From a virus (taxonomy: Duplodnaviria; Caudoviricetes): a DNA stretch of 64,000 nucleotides. The notes below the pieces were generated by a model that was not told where the DNA came from, ran no database searches, and worked only from the letters and a program-made list of their open reading frames with translations. A program made the position numbers and the translations under genes. The stretch is from IMG/VR virus record IMGVR_UViG_3300043432_000484, positions 1-64,000 of that record. One strand, 5' to 3'. Below are positions 8,504-18,722 of this stretch, one piece after another (the stretch's first letter is position 1; every line of letters begins with the position of its first letter).

Positions 8504-9700
8504 TCACTTCAGGCCGAAGGCTCCACGAACATCGGGGGCCGACTGCCAGAGACTCGACAGATTGTCGACGCTCGAAGCACTGGCGGTCTTGGAACCACCA
8601 CCTAGCTTGGACACACCAGCGGTTGGGCGGGTGCCCACCGTGCGGGTGCTCGCCGTGCGAACGGACTTGGCTTGCTTCTGCTGTTCCTGAGCAGCTTGTT
8701 CCTGCTCTTCCTGAACCTGCTGATCCTGATCGTCTTCAGACGCGAACAGGTTCTTGAGGGCCTCGTCTTCGGGACCCATCTCGCCCATGGCGTCGTCCAT
8801 CTGGAACGGATCCATCTCGATGTCCTGCTCCGCCATCGGACCGCAAGAGTCCTGGGCTAGCATCTGATCGAGGTCGTGCTCTTGGGCGGCCATAGGAGCC
8901 TGCGGCTGCTGCATCGCCTGCATCATCTGCTGAAGCTGGGCCTGCATCTGCTGCATCTGAGCCATCATGTCCTGAGCGGCTTTCTTGTCAGAAACGGGCC
9001 AGTTCTTATTGGCCTTGGCATTCTGATCGCCGCCATCGCCATCTTCCTTGGCTTGCTTGGACTGCTCCTGCTCGGACTCCTCAGCCTGGCCCTGATCCTG
9101 GTCCTGCTGCTGGGCTTGCTTCTTCTCGCCTTGGTCCTTCTTGTCCTCGTCCTTGTCCCCGTCGTCGTCTTCCTTCTTCTTCATGTGCTCAAGGAACTGG
9201 GGAGGAACTTCGCCGCCCTGCTTGGACTGCTGCTGACCCTTGTCATCCTCGTCCCCATCGTCATCCTGGTCAGCCGCCAAACGCGCATGCGTCGCGATCA
9301 GCTCTTGATCGGGCACATACATGAGGGCAACAGCCTGGTCTTCGATGGCCGTGGCGCTGGCAATCTTCTTGCCACTGAGCATCAACGTCGCGACTGCAAC
9401 GCACAGGTCAGCCTTCTTGAGGAGGACTTCCTTGGAAGCCGTCTTCTCCGAATGCTTGAACGTGTCACTGCGGAACTCGGGCATGCCGATTTCATCGCGC
9501 TTGACCTCGTCGCCGCTGTACTCCTGTTCCCATTCGTTGGGGGAGTGGACGTCCTCAGCAAAGTCGGACGGGTCACCCGTGACGTACTTGTCGAACGCCG
9601 GCTGTGGGTGATCTTGATTCATGGTGTAGATGTCTGCCTTCTTGATCTGGGCAGCCTTCTTTTGGACTTCCGTCCGGTTCCAAGTTGAGCGCTCTCGCAT
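8504..9700 (-). CDS. Putative capsid scaffolding protein
   Basis: Acidic, Q-rich low-complexity protein between protease and decoration/MCP; many K/R-x-A sites. Confidence 0.6.
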   Translation of the reverse strand: MRERSTWNRTEVQKKAAQIKKADIYTMNQDHPQPAFDKYVTGDPSDFAEDVHSPNEWEQEYSGDEVKRDEIGMPEFRSDTFKHSEKTASKEVLLKKADLCVAVATLMLSGKKIASATAIEDQAVALMYVPDQELIATHARLAADQDDDGDEDDKGQQQSKQGGEVPPQFLEHMKKKEDDDGDKDEDKKDQGEKKQAQQQDQDQGQAEESEQEQSKQAKEDGDGGDQNAKANKNWPVSDKKAAQDMMAQMQQMQAQLQQMMQAMQQPQAPMAAQEHDLDQMLAQDSCGPMAEQDIEMDPFQMDDAMGEMGPEDEALKNLFASEDDQDQQVQEEQEQAAQEQQKQAKSVRTASTRTVGTRPTAGVSKLGGGSKTASASSVDNLSSLWQSAPDVRGAFGLK

Positions 9701-9752
9701 GGCAGGGGATCCTTTTCCTCAGGGCTGTGACTTTATAGATAGAAATTCTGGT

Positions 9753-11258
9753 TTACCGACCCGAGGAGTACAGGCGTCCTTTTTCGAGTAGCCTGCTTGC
9801 CTCATTGCCGGTTATCACCCGGCCTAGTACCTGACGACAAGCCGCCAGGTAGGTCTCATCATTCTCATATGGGGCTGTCCCGCCCACACTTAGGACAGTC
9901 CTATAAACTCTTGTTTCACCGGCCATCGAAGATTTCTTGGTCATCACGTCGAGAACTCGGGACAAGGCCAGGATCTCGATACCCGAGAATCCGGCTTTCT
10001 TCACCTGTGACCAGCCACCCTTCTTATGAAGCAGTAGGCCATAGAGAACCTTCTTCGCATGTGCCTTTCCAACAAAGGAAACCACGAATTTGGCTATGCG
10101 GCGCCACTGGGGCACCTGCATGGCTGACTTGATTAAGGACTCGTTCTGACGGTTCTCATCCACCGCCTCTTCGACCTTACCAGCCTCACCCTTGTTGATC
10201 TCGTTACGAACATGCTCGATGGCCTGCTCACGAATCGCCGTAGATAGGTCCTCCACCGCCTTAGAGATGGGGTCCTTGTCCTTGGGTTTCTCTGCGGGGG
10301 CAGCGGGGGCCTGAGCCGCCGGTTCCGCCGCATCATCAGCTGGGGCCGCCGAATCTTCTTGCTGAGCCTGGGCGTAGAGGTACCGGGCCGCTCTCGCCAT
10401 GCTGCCGGGCTCAGCCACTGGGGCAGGCATGGTAAACGCCATGTGAAGTTTATTTTCCACAGAAGCAACGTCTACGCTGGACAATACGCTGCGCAGCACC
10501 GCACCTTTGAAAGCCGGATTGGCCACCCAAGATGCTTCGATGAAGCGGACCGAGTTCGGATCCGTATGGTGTCCACACAACTCGGCAACCTTGCGCTTGA
10601 TGCCCCTCTCGTCCTTGAACTCACTGCCCTTGAAGAATCGGATACAGGCGCAGAGCTGGGTCTCATCCTTAGCCACGTTCCCGCACTTGGTGCAGGTGGT
10701 GCTTGAGGTGCTGCATCCCATAGAAAGGGTGCCAAGTTGACCGCTCTTGATCGCCTGGATCAGGGATGCGTGCTTCAGATCGTTGGCAATCAGAATGTCA
10801 ATGTAGACTGAGTCCCCGATGTCACGAGCGGCGGCATCGATGATTCTCCCCCTAGACAGCTCGGGGAGCTGGACGTGCTCCACATAGGAATGCGCACCGA
10901 TGAACGTCTTGAACGAGGCAAGGAGAAGTTTACGCTCGAAGCAGTCGTGGTTGTTGTTGATGTACTGGGAAGTCGCCGGAGTGACGTAGTAGTCTTGGTA
11001 CTGACGATCAACCTCGAACCCATCTACATACTGCTTTCCCAGGGGACCTGGGGCACGATCAACATCGACCGATGCCACAATGGTGGCGTGACTGAGCATG
11101 TACTGACGGGGATCGTACTCCTCCAGTATGACCCTCGCGGTGCGCTTCTGGAAATTGGGTTCCGGAGACAATGCCGTGCGACGCATAGCATCCCACTCGG
11201 CAAACTTGATGCCGTGCTTCTGGACCTTAGCGTTCGCGAACTTCAGGAATGCCATCAA
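9753..11258 (-). CDS. Prohead (capsid maturation) protease with Zn-finger insert
   Basis: NNNHDCF, YVEH, RGRIID, LSMGC (putative catalytic Ser), CTKCGN...CAC, FIEASWVANPAF. Confidence 0.75.
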   Translation of the reverse strand: MMAFLKFANAKVQKHGIKFAEWDAMRRTALSPEPNFQKRTARVILEEYDPRQYMLSHATIVASVDVDRAPGPLGKQYVDGFEVDRQYQDYYVTPATSQYINNNHDCFERKLLLASFKTFIGAHSYVEHVQLPELSRGRIIDAAARDIGDSVYIDILIANDLKHASLIQAIKSGQLGTLSMGCSTSSTTCTKCGNVAKDETQLCACIRFFKGSEFKDERGIKRKVAELCGHHTDPNSVRFIEASWVANPAFKGAVLRSVLSSVDVASVENKLHMAFTMPAPVAEPGSMARAARYLYAQAQQEDSAAPADDAAEPAAQAPAAPAEKPKDKDPISKAVEDLSTAIREQAIEHVRNEINKGEAGKVEEAVDENRQNESLIKSAMQVPQWRRIAKFVVSFVGKAHAKKVLYGLLLHKKGGWSQVKKAGFSGIEILALSRVLDVMTKKSSMAGETRVYRTVLSVGGTAPYENDETYLAACRQVLGRVITGNEASRLLEKGRLYSSGR

Positions 11259-11542
11259 ACAACCTCTTCCAGGAGGTTCCGGATACCATCGAGAGCTTCT
11301 TTGCCCTCGCTGTTCAAGTGACTCAGGGTGCTGAACAACTCCCTAGACAGGGCATGAGCCTCTTGGGAGATCCCCGGATTGCTGATCTTGGTCTGCTGTC
11401 CCAACCTGTCCAACAGGTCGCTCAACAGGTCCAAGCGCTTGGAGAACCTCGGGACATCGAGGTCCTTCATAGCCATCTCAATCCGGTTCAGCAGGACATC
11501 GGCCGCGTATCGAAACGCCACTTTCTGAGCGGGAGTTACCAT
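11255..11542 (-). CDS. Hypothetical head-associated protein
   Basis: Likely start ATG 11542 (MVTPAQKVAFRYAA), overlapping the upstream stop. Confidence 0.65.
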   Translation of the reverse strand: MVTPAQKVAFRYAADVLLNRIEMAMKDLDVPRFSKRLDLLSDLLDRLGQQTKISNPGISQEAHALSRELFSTLSHLNSEGKEALDGIRNLLEEVV

Positions 11543-12258
11543 CCGATCGGCTCTCCCTGTGGTCCCAGGATCGCATCCGTTTTGATCAGGAATAGGTCCT
11601 TGGGGCACGCAAACAGTCGAACGCGATTCCCCTCAGCCATCTTATACGTGGTGCGGCGCATCAGGGTGGAGCACTTCGGACACTTTGGCTTGCGGAGTTT
11701 GACCTCCGCTTGAGAGACTCGGTATTGACGATTCTGGGCAACCCAGTACGCGGCACTTTTCTTCGCATGCTGCTGGATGCGGAGGTCGGCCAGCCTGGAC
11801 CCAACGAGGTAGAACTTCTCCACCTCAGAGCGAAGGCTGTCATCGTCTACGCCCTGTGCAGCAAAGCGATGCCACACTGAGTCGTATGCTGCCATCTCGT
11901 TGAGACCCTGACCCCACGCCTTCGCCAAGTGACTGTAGAAGCCCGCGGGTAGTTTGGAACCACTCCATGGCGATGCAGTCTTAGAAGCCCAGAGTGCTCT
12001 GGCCTTCTGTATGTCGTAGCTGTCGTAAGACTGATCGAATTCAGGAGGCAGGAACGTGGAGAGCTGAGGATTGACCCGAACGATATCGTCCGGGCTCACC
12101 CGTTCATTGGCATAAGGCCATTGAACGTCCACTTGGGCCAGTCCCCTGTGTACTGCAGTGACACGCCCAACGTAAGGGGATAGGGTAAACACGGGCGACA
12201 ACCTTTGAACGGTGTCCCCTTGTTTGAATCCCTTCGCTAATTGCCAAAGGTCAATCAT
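11536..12258 (-). CDS. Hypothetical protein with C-terminal zinc ribbon
   Basis: SH3-like N-terminus (VGRVTAV...VDVQWP); CPKC...CPKD. Confidence 0.7.
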   Translation of the reverse strand: MIDLWQLAKGFKQGDTVQRLSPVFTLSPYVGRVTAVHRGLAQVDVQWPYANERVSPDDIVRVNPQLSTFLPPEFDQSYDSYDIQKARALWASKTASPWSGSKLPAGFYSHLAKAWGQGLNEMAAYDSVWHRFAAQGVDDDSLRSEVEKFYLVGSRLADLRIQQHAKKSAAYWVAQNRQYRVSQAEVKLRKPKCPKCSTLMRRTTYKMAEGNRVRLFACPKDLFLIKTDAILGPQGEPIGW

Positions 12259-12725
12259 TTTGCCTCTTTAGACTGTGCAAGCAAGTATTTTTGGGCTGCT
12301 TCCACGGTTGACCCTTCGCTCTCGATGACACCTAGTACAATATTACAACGACTGTGAACCAATCCTCTTACACATTTCCCGCACGACCCGCGCCCGGGAC
12401 AGCATTTTCGATCATGATCCACGACAACTGACTTGGCAGTCTTACCCTTGGGGAGCATGGGATTACTGCATATGGAGCACAGGCCTCCCTGCTTCTCCCA
12501 CATACCATTGAAGTCGATCTTGTAGAATCGGTTTTTCCTCCCCAAAGCATCTCTTTCAGAGTGATCTTTAGCCCATGCCGAGGCACGCAATACCACACAA
12601 GATTTGCACTCCCTTTGGAGTCCACTTTTAACTCTTGGGGCGGGAGAGAAAGACTCTACATCCTTCGTCTCTCCGCACTTAGAGCAAACCCTAAATGGGC
12701 CTATCTGGAGTACTGTGGCTGGCAC
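12255..12725 (-). CDS. Endonuclease VII-family (HNH-like) homing endonuclease
   Basis: CSKC...CKSC; QGGLCSIC, VDHDRKCC...CGKCVRGLVHSRCN. Confidence 0.8.
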   Translation of the reverse strand: MPATVLQIGPFRVCSKCGETKDVESFSPAPRVKSGLQRECKSCVVLRASAWAKDHSERDALGRKNRFYKIDFNGMWEKQGGLCSICSNPMLPKGKTAKSVVVDHDRKCCPGRGSCGKCVRGLVHSRCNIVLGVIESEGSTVEAAQKYLLAQSKEAK

Positions 12726-12736
12726 TGGTTACCTGA

Positions 12737-15700
12737 TCACGGAGCCAGGGGGCGACCTGTGGTGGATTTACCATGGTCTACTGCGCTGGACTGGTCATCG
12801 GCATAGGCCTGCATGTACGGCTCGTCAGCTTCTGTCTGCACGGGAGCCATCGGGTTCTTGAACGTGTCCATGTACTTCTCGTCAGAGTCGCGCTGGACAA
12901 CTTCGGCAGTCTTGATGCCGAGGACCGAAGCCTGACGGCGAGTCATGGAGTCAGCGCCAAAGGTGGCGGACTCCAGCTCATCGGCGAGCTTGTCGATCTG
13001 GTTCACCAAAGCCTTGGCGGCTTCGAACTTCATACCCCACGCTTCGTGATTCTCCTGAACCACGGACGCAATGCGGTCCAATCGGGCCAGGAACTTTTCA
13101 GCCTGGGCAGGGTCGAATTCAACTTTGTTTGACATCGTGTTCCTCGCAGTTTTGGATGCAGTAACGGTAAGTAAGGTCTCATCTTCAGACACGCCAGCAA
13201 GGCGTGCCAGCAGGTTGTTGTACTGAGTCGGATGCAGAGCCGCATCGTAGTTCTCAGTCCGGATGGCAAGGTCCAAGGCGGCCCGCAATTGGGTGTCCCG
13301 AACGATCCCCTCAAAAGGAGCAGACAACATGGAGGACTTCAGCCAGCCCTTGGCGGACTTGAGAATCCGAGCGAAGTCATCTTCCCCCAGATCCCTAGAC
13401 GCAGGTTGTTCCCAACTCGCGTAGGGTTCCGTTTGGTTGGGGGCAATACCCCAATATACAGCTGTTCTACCCATCGCAAAAGGATTGGGATAAGTAGAAA
13501 ACGGATGTCCCAGGTGACGAACTACCACCCTGGATGCAATCAATCTCCCGGAGGCAGTCCTACTAGAGAAGTCGTCCCATAGGCCCTCGGCCGACTTGGA
13601 CAACTCCTCTGGCTTGTTCCTCTGTAGGTCGTAACGGGGAGGCTTCACAGGCTCCTGTGGCTTTACAATACCCATGTTGGCCAGCCGCTCCGAGGCGCTG
13701 AGTGGCGGATCCAAGTCTTTGGCGCCGTTCTTGAGCTGCTCAGAGTACTTGGCGTAGTCCTCTGCAGATTCCTTCTCAGCTTGACTCTCATGCTTGAGGT
13801 ATTTGCTCAGTTCCTTCGGGTAGTGCTTGGCTGCCTTCTCGTACTGCTTGTTGTCGTCCTCATCCAGAAGCTCTTGGACTCGGGATTGCTTGCTCGGAGC
13901 CAGGGTTGAGATCTGCTTCATCACCCTCGTTTTGAATGTCAGGGCTGTGTCCTGGGACAGAAGATTGGACGGGTAGCGCTCCGCTTTACTGCGCAGAAAA
14001 TCTCCCGCCTTGATGAGTCTCTTAGCGATCACATCAGGCGGCTGGAACTCTGACACTGACTCAACAGCGTCTGGCTGTAGGAACTTCTTCCTGGCTTCCT
14101 TGTAGTCCTGTGCCTGAAAATACCCGACGGCCAACCGTTGGACCGCGGGGTCCTTGGATGCAGAGAGGATCTTCTTGATGTCCCTATCTGATACCGGAGG
14201 GGCTTCAGCCTGCTTGGTGAGGGAGTCGAGGTCCTGATCGAACCGATTCTTCTCCTTTGGCTTCTTCTCCTTTGGAAGGGCTTTGGGCTTTGGCTTCTTG
14301 GATTTTGCCTTACCATCTTTGCCCTTCTCAGCAGGCTTAGCTTCGGGGGCTTCTTCGGTCTGTGGCTGGGCTTGCTCAGGTGCCACGGGAGCTGGCGCGG
14401 ACTCCTCTTCAGAATCTGGCTGCTCAGGTTGAGGAGCTGACGCCCCGATCGTGTTGTAGAACAGGGCCTCAGCTCTGTGGGCTGCCCGAGTCTGCCTCTC
14501 CTCTGGGGACTCGTCGGTGCCAGTCAGCATGAAATCTGACATGGCGTCTGCCAGGGCCTGCGGAGCTTTGGCTTTCTTCTGCAGGTTCTGAGAAATAGCC
14601 TCTTTGGCGGCCAGGCTCATGGCCACGGTCTTGATCTGATGCTTCCTTAGCTCCTCAGCTTGCTCTATGGGAGGAAGCTGTTCGAAGGGCACCACCGACC
14701 CATCCTTTGCCTTTGCCGTTTTAGGGGGTGGCACGCTGTTTGGGTCGGTGGCGTAGAACTTGGAAGCCTTCTCTCTCAAGGAATCAAGTTTGTCGGTCGG
14801 CACGTCGATCGATTTGGCGACGTTGTAGTCGGACACCAACGCATGCACCTCATCCGGATGAAGAGGCGGATTACTCATCATCAGCTTGGCGGCAACTGCC
14901 GTTGGGAACGAATGGGTGAGCAGATTGATAGCCGCGTGCTCCTCGGCCTTAGATACTGGGCGCTTCTGTGGGACTGTCGGAGCCGGTGCCTCTTCCTTAG
15001 GCTTGGCCTCTTCCCCGGGCTTGGGGGAGGCGGGAGTTACCACATCCTTGCCCGCCGGAGCTGGCGCCACAGGCTTGCCCTGACCGGGCTCTAAAGGTTT
15101 GGGTTTAGCAAGACCCTGAGCAGGATTTTTCTCATTCTTGGGCTCAACAGCAGGAGCCTGCTGAACCTTGGGCTGTTCCTGCTTTGGTGGAGCCTCCGAC
15201 TTAGCAGGGGCTTCAGGCTTTGGCTTCTTCTCTGGTTTGGCCTTAGGCTGATCCCCCAAGGTCAAGACTCGATACAGGTCCTTGATGGTTGATACGCCCG
15301 GTGGAGCTGTCTTCCCCTTGAAGAAAGGGGCCACGGACATATCCGGATTGCCCCGTATCAGAGGGGCAAAGTTTGTGTTGTTAGGATCAGCGACACCCTT
15401 CATGAGCGTGTCAAACTGGGGATCCTCCCGAGCATAGTCCTCAAGGGCCTTCTTGGCCTCGTACTCAGCCGGGGTTCCAATCGGCCCTTGGTTCTTGGGC
15501 TTCTTGGGCTGCTTCTTCTCCTTCGGGGCCGTCTCTTTAGGGGCCGTCTCATCCTCTTCCTCGTCCACGGCTTCATATGTGCCGGGGGACTCTTTGACGG
15601 TCTCCTCACTGACAGGCCCAACCCATCCAGTCTCCTTGTTCCTAACACGGACCTTCTTGGACTTGGGCTTCTTGATCTTTTGAGCGACGCCCTCTCCAGG

Positions 15701-15934
15701 CAAGCTATCCTTGGCCCAACGGGATAGGACTCTGGACCCTATGGAGCCACCAATGTCCTTGAAATTCTTGGACAGATCCTTGTCCGAGGTATCCAGATCC
15801 GGGTCCTTGTCCGTTTCGATACGCTCACGCCTCTTATCATGGCGCGGTGGCTTGACCTTAGGAGCTGGCCGAACCAGGCGTTCGGTCTCCTCGTCTTCCA
15901 ACTCGCCATTATCCTTCGTGGCCCTACGATCCAT
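12737..15934 (-). CDS. Large modular head-associated protein (1065 aa), polyprotein-like
   Basis: Directly downstream of the portal; P/K/E-rich linkers; internal Met after K/R-T-A sites. Confidence 0.75.
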   Translation of the reverse strand: MDRRATKDNGELEDEETERLVRPAPKVKPPRHDKRRERIETDKDPDLDTSDKDLSKNFKDIGGSIGSRVLSRWAKDSLPGEGVAQKIKKPKSKKVRVRNKETGWVGPVSEETVKESPGTYEAVDEEEDETAPKETAPKEKKQPKKPKNQGPIGTPAEYEAKKALEDYAREDPQFDTLMKGVADPNNTNFAPLIRGNPDMSVAPFFKGKTAPPGVSTIKDLYRVLTLGDQPKAKPEKKPKPEAPAKSEAPPKQEQPKVQQAPAVEPKNEKNPAQGLAKPKPLEPGQGKPVAPAPAGKDVVTPASPKPGEEAKPKEEAPAPTVPQKRPVSKAEEHAAINLLTHSFPTAVAAKLMMSNPPLHPDEVHALVSDYNVAKSIDVPTDKLDSLREKASKFYATDPNSVPPPKTAKAKDGSVVPFEQLPPIEQAEELRKHQIKTVAMSLAAKEAISQNLQKKAKAPQALADAMSDFMLTGTDESPEERQTRAAHRAEALFYNTIGASAPQPEQPDSEEESAPAPVAPEQAQPQTEEAPEAKPAEKGKDGKAKSKKPKPKALPKEKKPKEKNRFDQDLDSLTKQAEAPPVSDRDIKKILSASKDPAVQRLAVGYFQAQDYKEARKKFLQPDAVESVSEFQPPDVIAKRLIKAGDFLRSKAERYPSNLLSQDTALTFKTRVMKQISTLAPSKQSRVQELLDEDDNKQYEKAAKHYPKELSKYLKHESQAEKESAEDYAKYSEQLKNGAKDLDPPLSASERLANMGIVKPQEPVKPPRYDLQRNKPEELSKSAEGLWDDFSSRTASGRLIASRVVVRHLGHPFSTYPNPFAMGRTAVYWGIAPNQTEPYASWEQPASRDLGEDDFARILKSAKGWLKSSMLSAPFEGIVRDTQLRAALDLAIRTENYDAALHPTQYNNLLARLAGVSEDETLLTVTASKTARNTMSNKVEFDPAQAEKFLARLDRIASVVQENHEAWGMKFEAAKALVNQIDKLADELESATFGADSMTRRQASVLGIKTAEVVQRDSDEKYMDTFKNPMAPVQTEADEPYMQAYADDQSSAVDHGKSTTGRPLAP
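13490..13501 (-). promoter_or_regulatory. Late-type promoter-like element TTTTCTACTTAT (representative, intragenic copy)
   Basis: 15 nt before the in-frame Met821 of 12737-15934; related motifs lie 14 nt before starts at 1500, 2736, 4080 and 44581. Confidence 0.5.
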
Positions 15935-15964
15935 CTCGTAGTATCAGAAACATCGAAAGAAAGA

Positions 15965-17737
15965 CTAGAACCGGCCGTCCTCAGGCTCCGGGGGAGGCTC
16001 CACCTTTGCCAGATTCAGGGACTTGATAACCTTGTCAGTGACATCGGTGCCGTTGATGACCTTGTCCGCCAGCCCGTTGTACACGGCTCGAAGCAACTCG
16101 TTGAACAGCGCGTCGTTGACCGTGAATAGGTCGCGCTCCAGCTTGACCCGAGTGTCGTCCGGGTCGATGTTGAACATCTCCAGGATGAGGGAGATGTCAA
16201 TTGACCCCTTGTTGTACAGGTTGAACAAAGCGTCGTAGGTATCTTGTGAGTCGCGCAGCGGCAGTCTGGTGAAGGACAGCCTTGGGTAGAGAACCACTTC
16301 CCCACCCCACTCGTTCTTCTCAACGAATCCCTTACGGCGAGCCACCGGCTTGAATAGGTAGTTCTCGACGTATTCCTGAACCATCTCCCGAAGGAACATG
16401 TACCGGGTATTGATCACTTCCAGCTTCAAGCGGTCCCCAGAGTAAAGGGTCTCGCCAGAGAGCAGGCTTTCAGTGACTCCCAACCCCGCGTACAGTTGCT
16501 TGTCCGTGATCTCATACTCACCGGACAGATCTAGTAGGCGATCACGTGCGCCCATTTCTTCCCAGTGAATCTCATAGTTGGCAATGATGGAATAGTCAGG
16601 GTCGACTAGAGACAGGTCCACCTGTTCTCGAAGGTCCTGGACGTCTGCATCCGAGATCCTGTCCCCCCAAACGATGCGCTTAGGAGTCATTGCTCTGGAA
16701 GCAATTTGAGTCTGAGCCTGACGTAGCTTCTCCCGGTACATCAGGGTGCGCAGCACGCGGTCCAAAATGCTTTGACCCAAGTCCTCACCAGCCCCGCGAC
16801 GGCCCGCGAGATAGTAGCAGAACGAACCCTCATCCGGATCCATGCCCAAAGGGATCAACTTACCCTGCTCAATGTGATCTCGGACCTCTTCTGGGATCTC
16901 CTGAACCATCTCTTCAGCGAACGGATCTCCAGCCTTGGCTTGCTCAATGAGCGCCCGATCTCTATCGGCCGGGATCAACTCGATGCGCATCTTGTCTGTG
17001 AAGCTGAAGGTGGTGACCTTGACCTGATCGATCGGAAGAACGATCAGCTTGTCCCATCCCTGGTAGTGCTTCTGGTAGTAGGCAAGCTCCTGTTCCTCTC
17101 GGTCCGACTTCTCGATCAAGGCCGAGTCTGGCTCTTCCACCGCCTCCCCGTCGTCCGTAATCACTGACTTGGTGCCCAAGTCCTGCTTCTCGTACCCCAA
17201 GTCATCAGGGACATCCACCGAGGAATCTTCAGCGAATGCGAAGACAGACCCGTCCAGCCAGTAATGGTGGACCATGGTCACAAGCCGTGGGAACAGCTTG
17301 ATCCGATCACACATCTGAGTGAAGAACCAAAGGATGTAGTTGGCGTATGAGTGAGCGTCTTTGAACCCCTCAGGACACGTGGTCGGCTTGGGGGTGGCCA
17401 AACGTACCTTCGACAGAGGCAGTTCAGTGTGCAGATCAATGCTCTGCCCAACGATAGGATCGGTGTTGTAGAAATGGCGGTAAAGCTCGCGCTTCTCGCG
17501 CAAGCTTTGGGGCAGCTCTAGGAAATCCGTGGACAGCTGGGGAGAGAAGAACTGGCCAGCTGTGGCCATGGAGGTATTCATACTCCCATCGTTCGCCTTC
17601 TTGACGCGGCGGGCTTCCTTCTCCTTGTCAGTCAATGAGGATACGGCGCCCTTCGAAATGTAAGGGCGGTTCACAACCTTGGTGGAGGGAATGACAACCG
17701 ACGCGTTGCGCGGCACATTGGTGAAATTCTTAGGCAT
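15965..17737 (-). CDS. Portal protein
   Basis: 590 aa between terminase and head genes; RHFYNTDPIVGQSIDLHTELP, GQSILDRV, QLYAGLGVTESLLSGE. Confidence 0.75.
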   Translation of the reverse strand: MPKNFTNVPRNASVVIPSTKVVNRPYISKGAVSSLTDKEKEARRVKKANDGSMNTSMATAGQFFSPQLSTDFLELPQSLREKRELYRHFYNTDPIVGQSIDLHTELPLSKVRLATPKPTTCPEGFKDAHSYANYILWFFTQMCDRIKLFPRLVTMVHHYWLDGSVFAFAEDSSVDVPDDLGYEKQDLGTKSVITDDGEAVEEPDSALIEKSDREEQELAYYQKHYQGWDKLIVLPIDQVKVTTFSFTDKMRIELIPADRDRALIEQAKAGDPFAEEMVQEIPEEVRDHIEQGKLIPLGMDPDEGSFCYYLAGRRGAGEDLGQSILDRVLRTLMYREKLRQAQTQIASRAMTPKRIVWGDRISDADVQDLREQVDLSLVDPDYSIIANYEIHWEEMGARDRLLDLSGEYEITDKQLYAGLGVTESLLSGETLYSGDRLKLEVINTRYMFLREMVQEYVENYLFKPVARRKGFVEKNEWGGEVVLYPRLSFTRLPLRDSQDTYDALFNLYNKGSIDISLILEMFNIDPDDTRVKLERDLFTVNDALFNELLRAVYNGLADKVINGTDVTDKVIKSLNLAKVEPPPEPEDGRF

Positions 17738-18159
17738 CAGTCTTCAGCCTCTCTTGACGAGGCAGTCTCTTCGGGTACGTCGAACCCGTCCAACTCTTCC
17801 CCGTACATGTTGATCAAGGACTCCACGGGGGATTCAGAGGCCTTAACCTCAGTCTTTACAGGTAGTTTAGTAGCTACCTGGTTTTCGGCAGGAGCTGGAG
17901 TCAAACGCCTCAAGACCTTTGACATGTGGGCTGTGCGAGTTGCCCCTTGGTTTGCCATGCCAGAAAATCGAATCCACGCGTTGGCGTACTGCAGATAGAT
18001 CGAGGTGTTGTCGTCAGGAGGGGCGCGGCGAACCCTGTGATACAGGGCTTGGGATAGCACATGGATCCGAGCGAATTTTCCCTGTAATTCCTGGTGAATC
18101 TCAGAAATTTCCGAGACTATGGCAGGGGGCTCCATCTTCTCTGGCGAGCTGTACATCAT
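17737..18159 (-). CDS. Hypothetical protein
   Basis: 140-aa ORF translationally coupled on both sides. Confidence 0.7.
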   Translation of the reverse strand: MMYSSPEKMEPPAIVSEISEIHQELQGKFARIHVLSQALYHRVRRAPPDDNTSIYLQYANAWIRFSGMANQGATRTAHMSKVLRRLTPAPAENQVATKLPVKTEVKASESPVESLINMYGEELDGFDVPEETASSREAED

Positions 18160-18722
18160 AGGCTGGTCTGGATCCCAAGGTAGAACTGGTTCACTGGGGC
18201 GGGGGTTTGAACCACGAAGCCAGTGAAGAATGCAGGGGCAAACGGAAGAGCTACGCCTTGACTGGCCTCATCCTCTTTGGTCCAAAGCCCCCTCCTGGAG
18301 AAGTACAGTGGATCCTTAGGGGAATACACCAATGGTACAAGAGGCCCAGCCAATCTTGAGGCATAGGTATACCTTTCGTAGCTGGACGTAGAAATCATAG
18401 CGTTGCCCGCCATCATCACGGCAGACGCCGGGTACACGATCTGGCTCCGGGTCATCCCAGTAAACTGGTCAGCCGATTCATCGCTACCCCAGATCATGAA
18501 TCCCCCGTAAAGACCCTGAGAGTAGGACACTACCGGTTCATCCAGCGTGGAGTTGACCCATTGAACTCCCTGACCTCCCGCCCATCCTCCCTGTAGCATT
18601 GCCGAATCGACAGTGACGCAATGGGCATCCCCCTTCGAGAAAACCACGCAATCACGCCCTCGAACTATGTCTAGGCCGTGAAAGTCGACTGCGAATGAGC
18701 CCACTGGAGGAGGAAATGCCAT
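18156..18722 (-). CDS. Decoration-protein paralogue 3
   Basis: Shares GW.GGQ, YGGF..WGS.ES.D.F, YE.YT..SR, FS.RGL.T..DE motifs with the next two ORFs. Confidence 0.7.
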   Translation of the reverse strand: MAFPPPVGSFAVDFHGLDIVRGRDCVVFSKGDAHCVTVDSAMLQGGWAGGQGVQWVNSTLDEPVVSYSQGLYGGFMIWGSDESADQFTGMTRSQIVYPASAVMMAGNAMISTSSYERYTYASRLAGPLVPLVYSPKDPLYFSRRGLWTKEDEASQGVALPFAPAFFTGFVVQTPAPVNQFYLGIQTSL

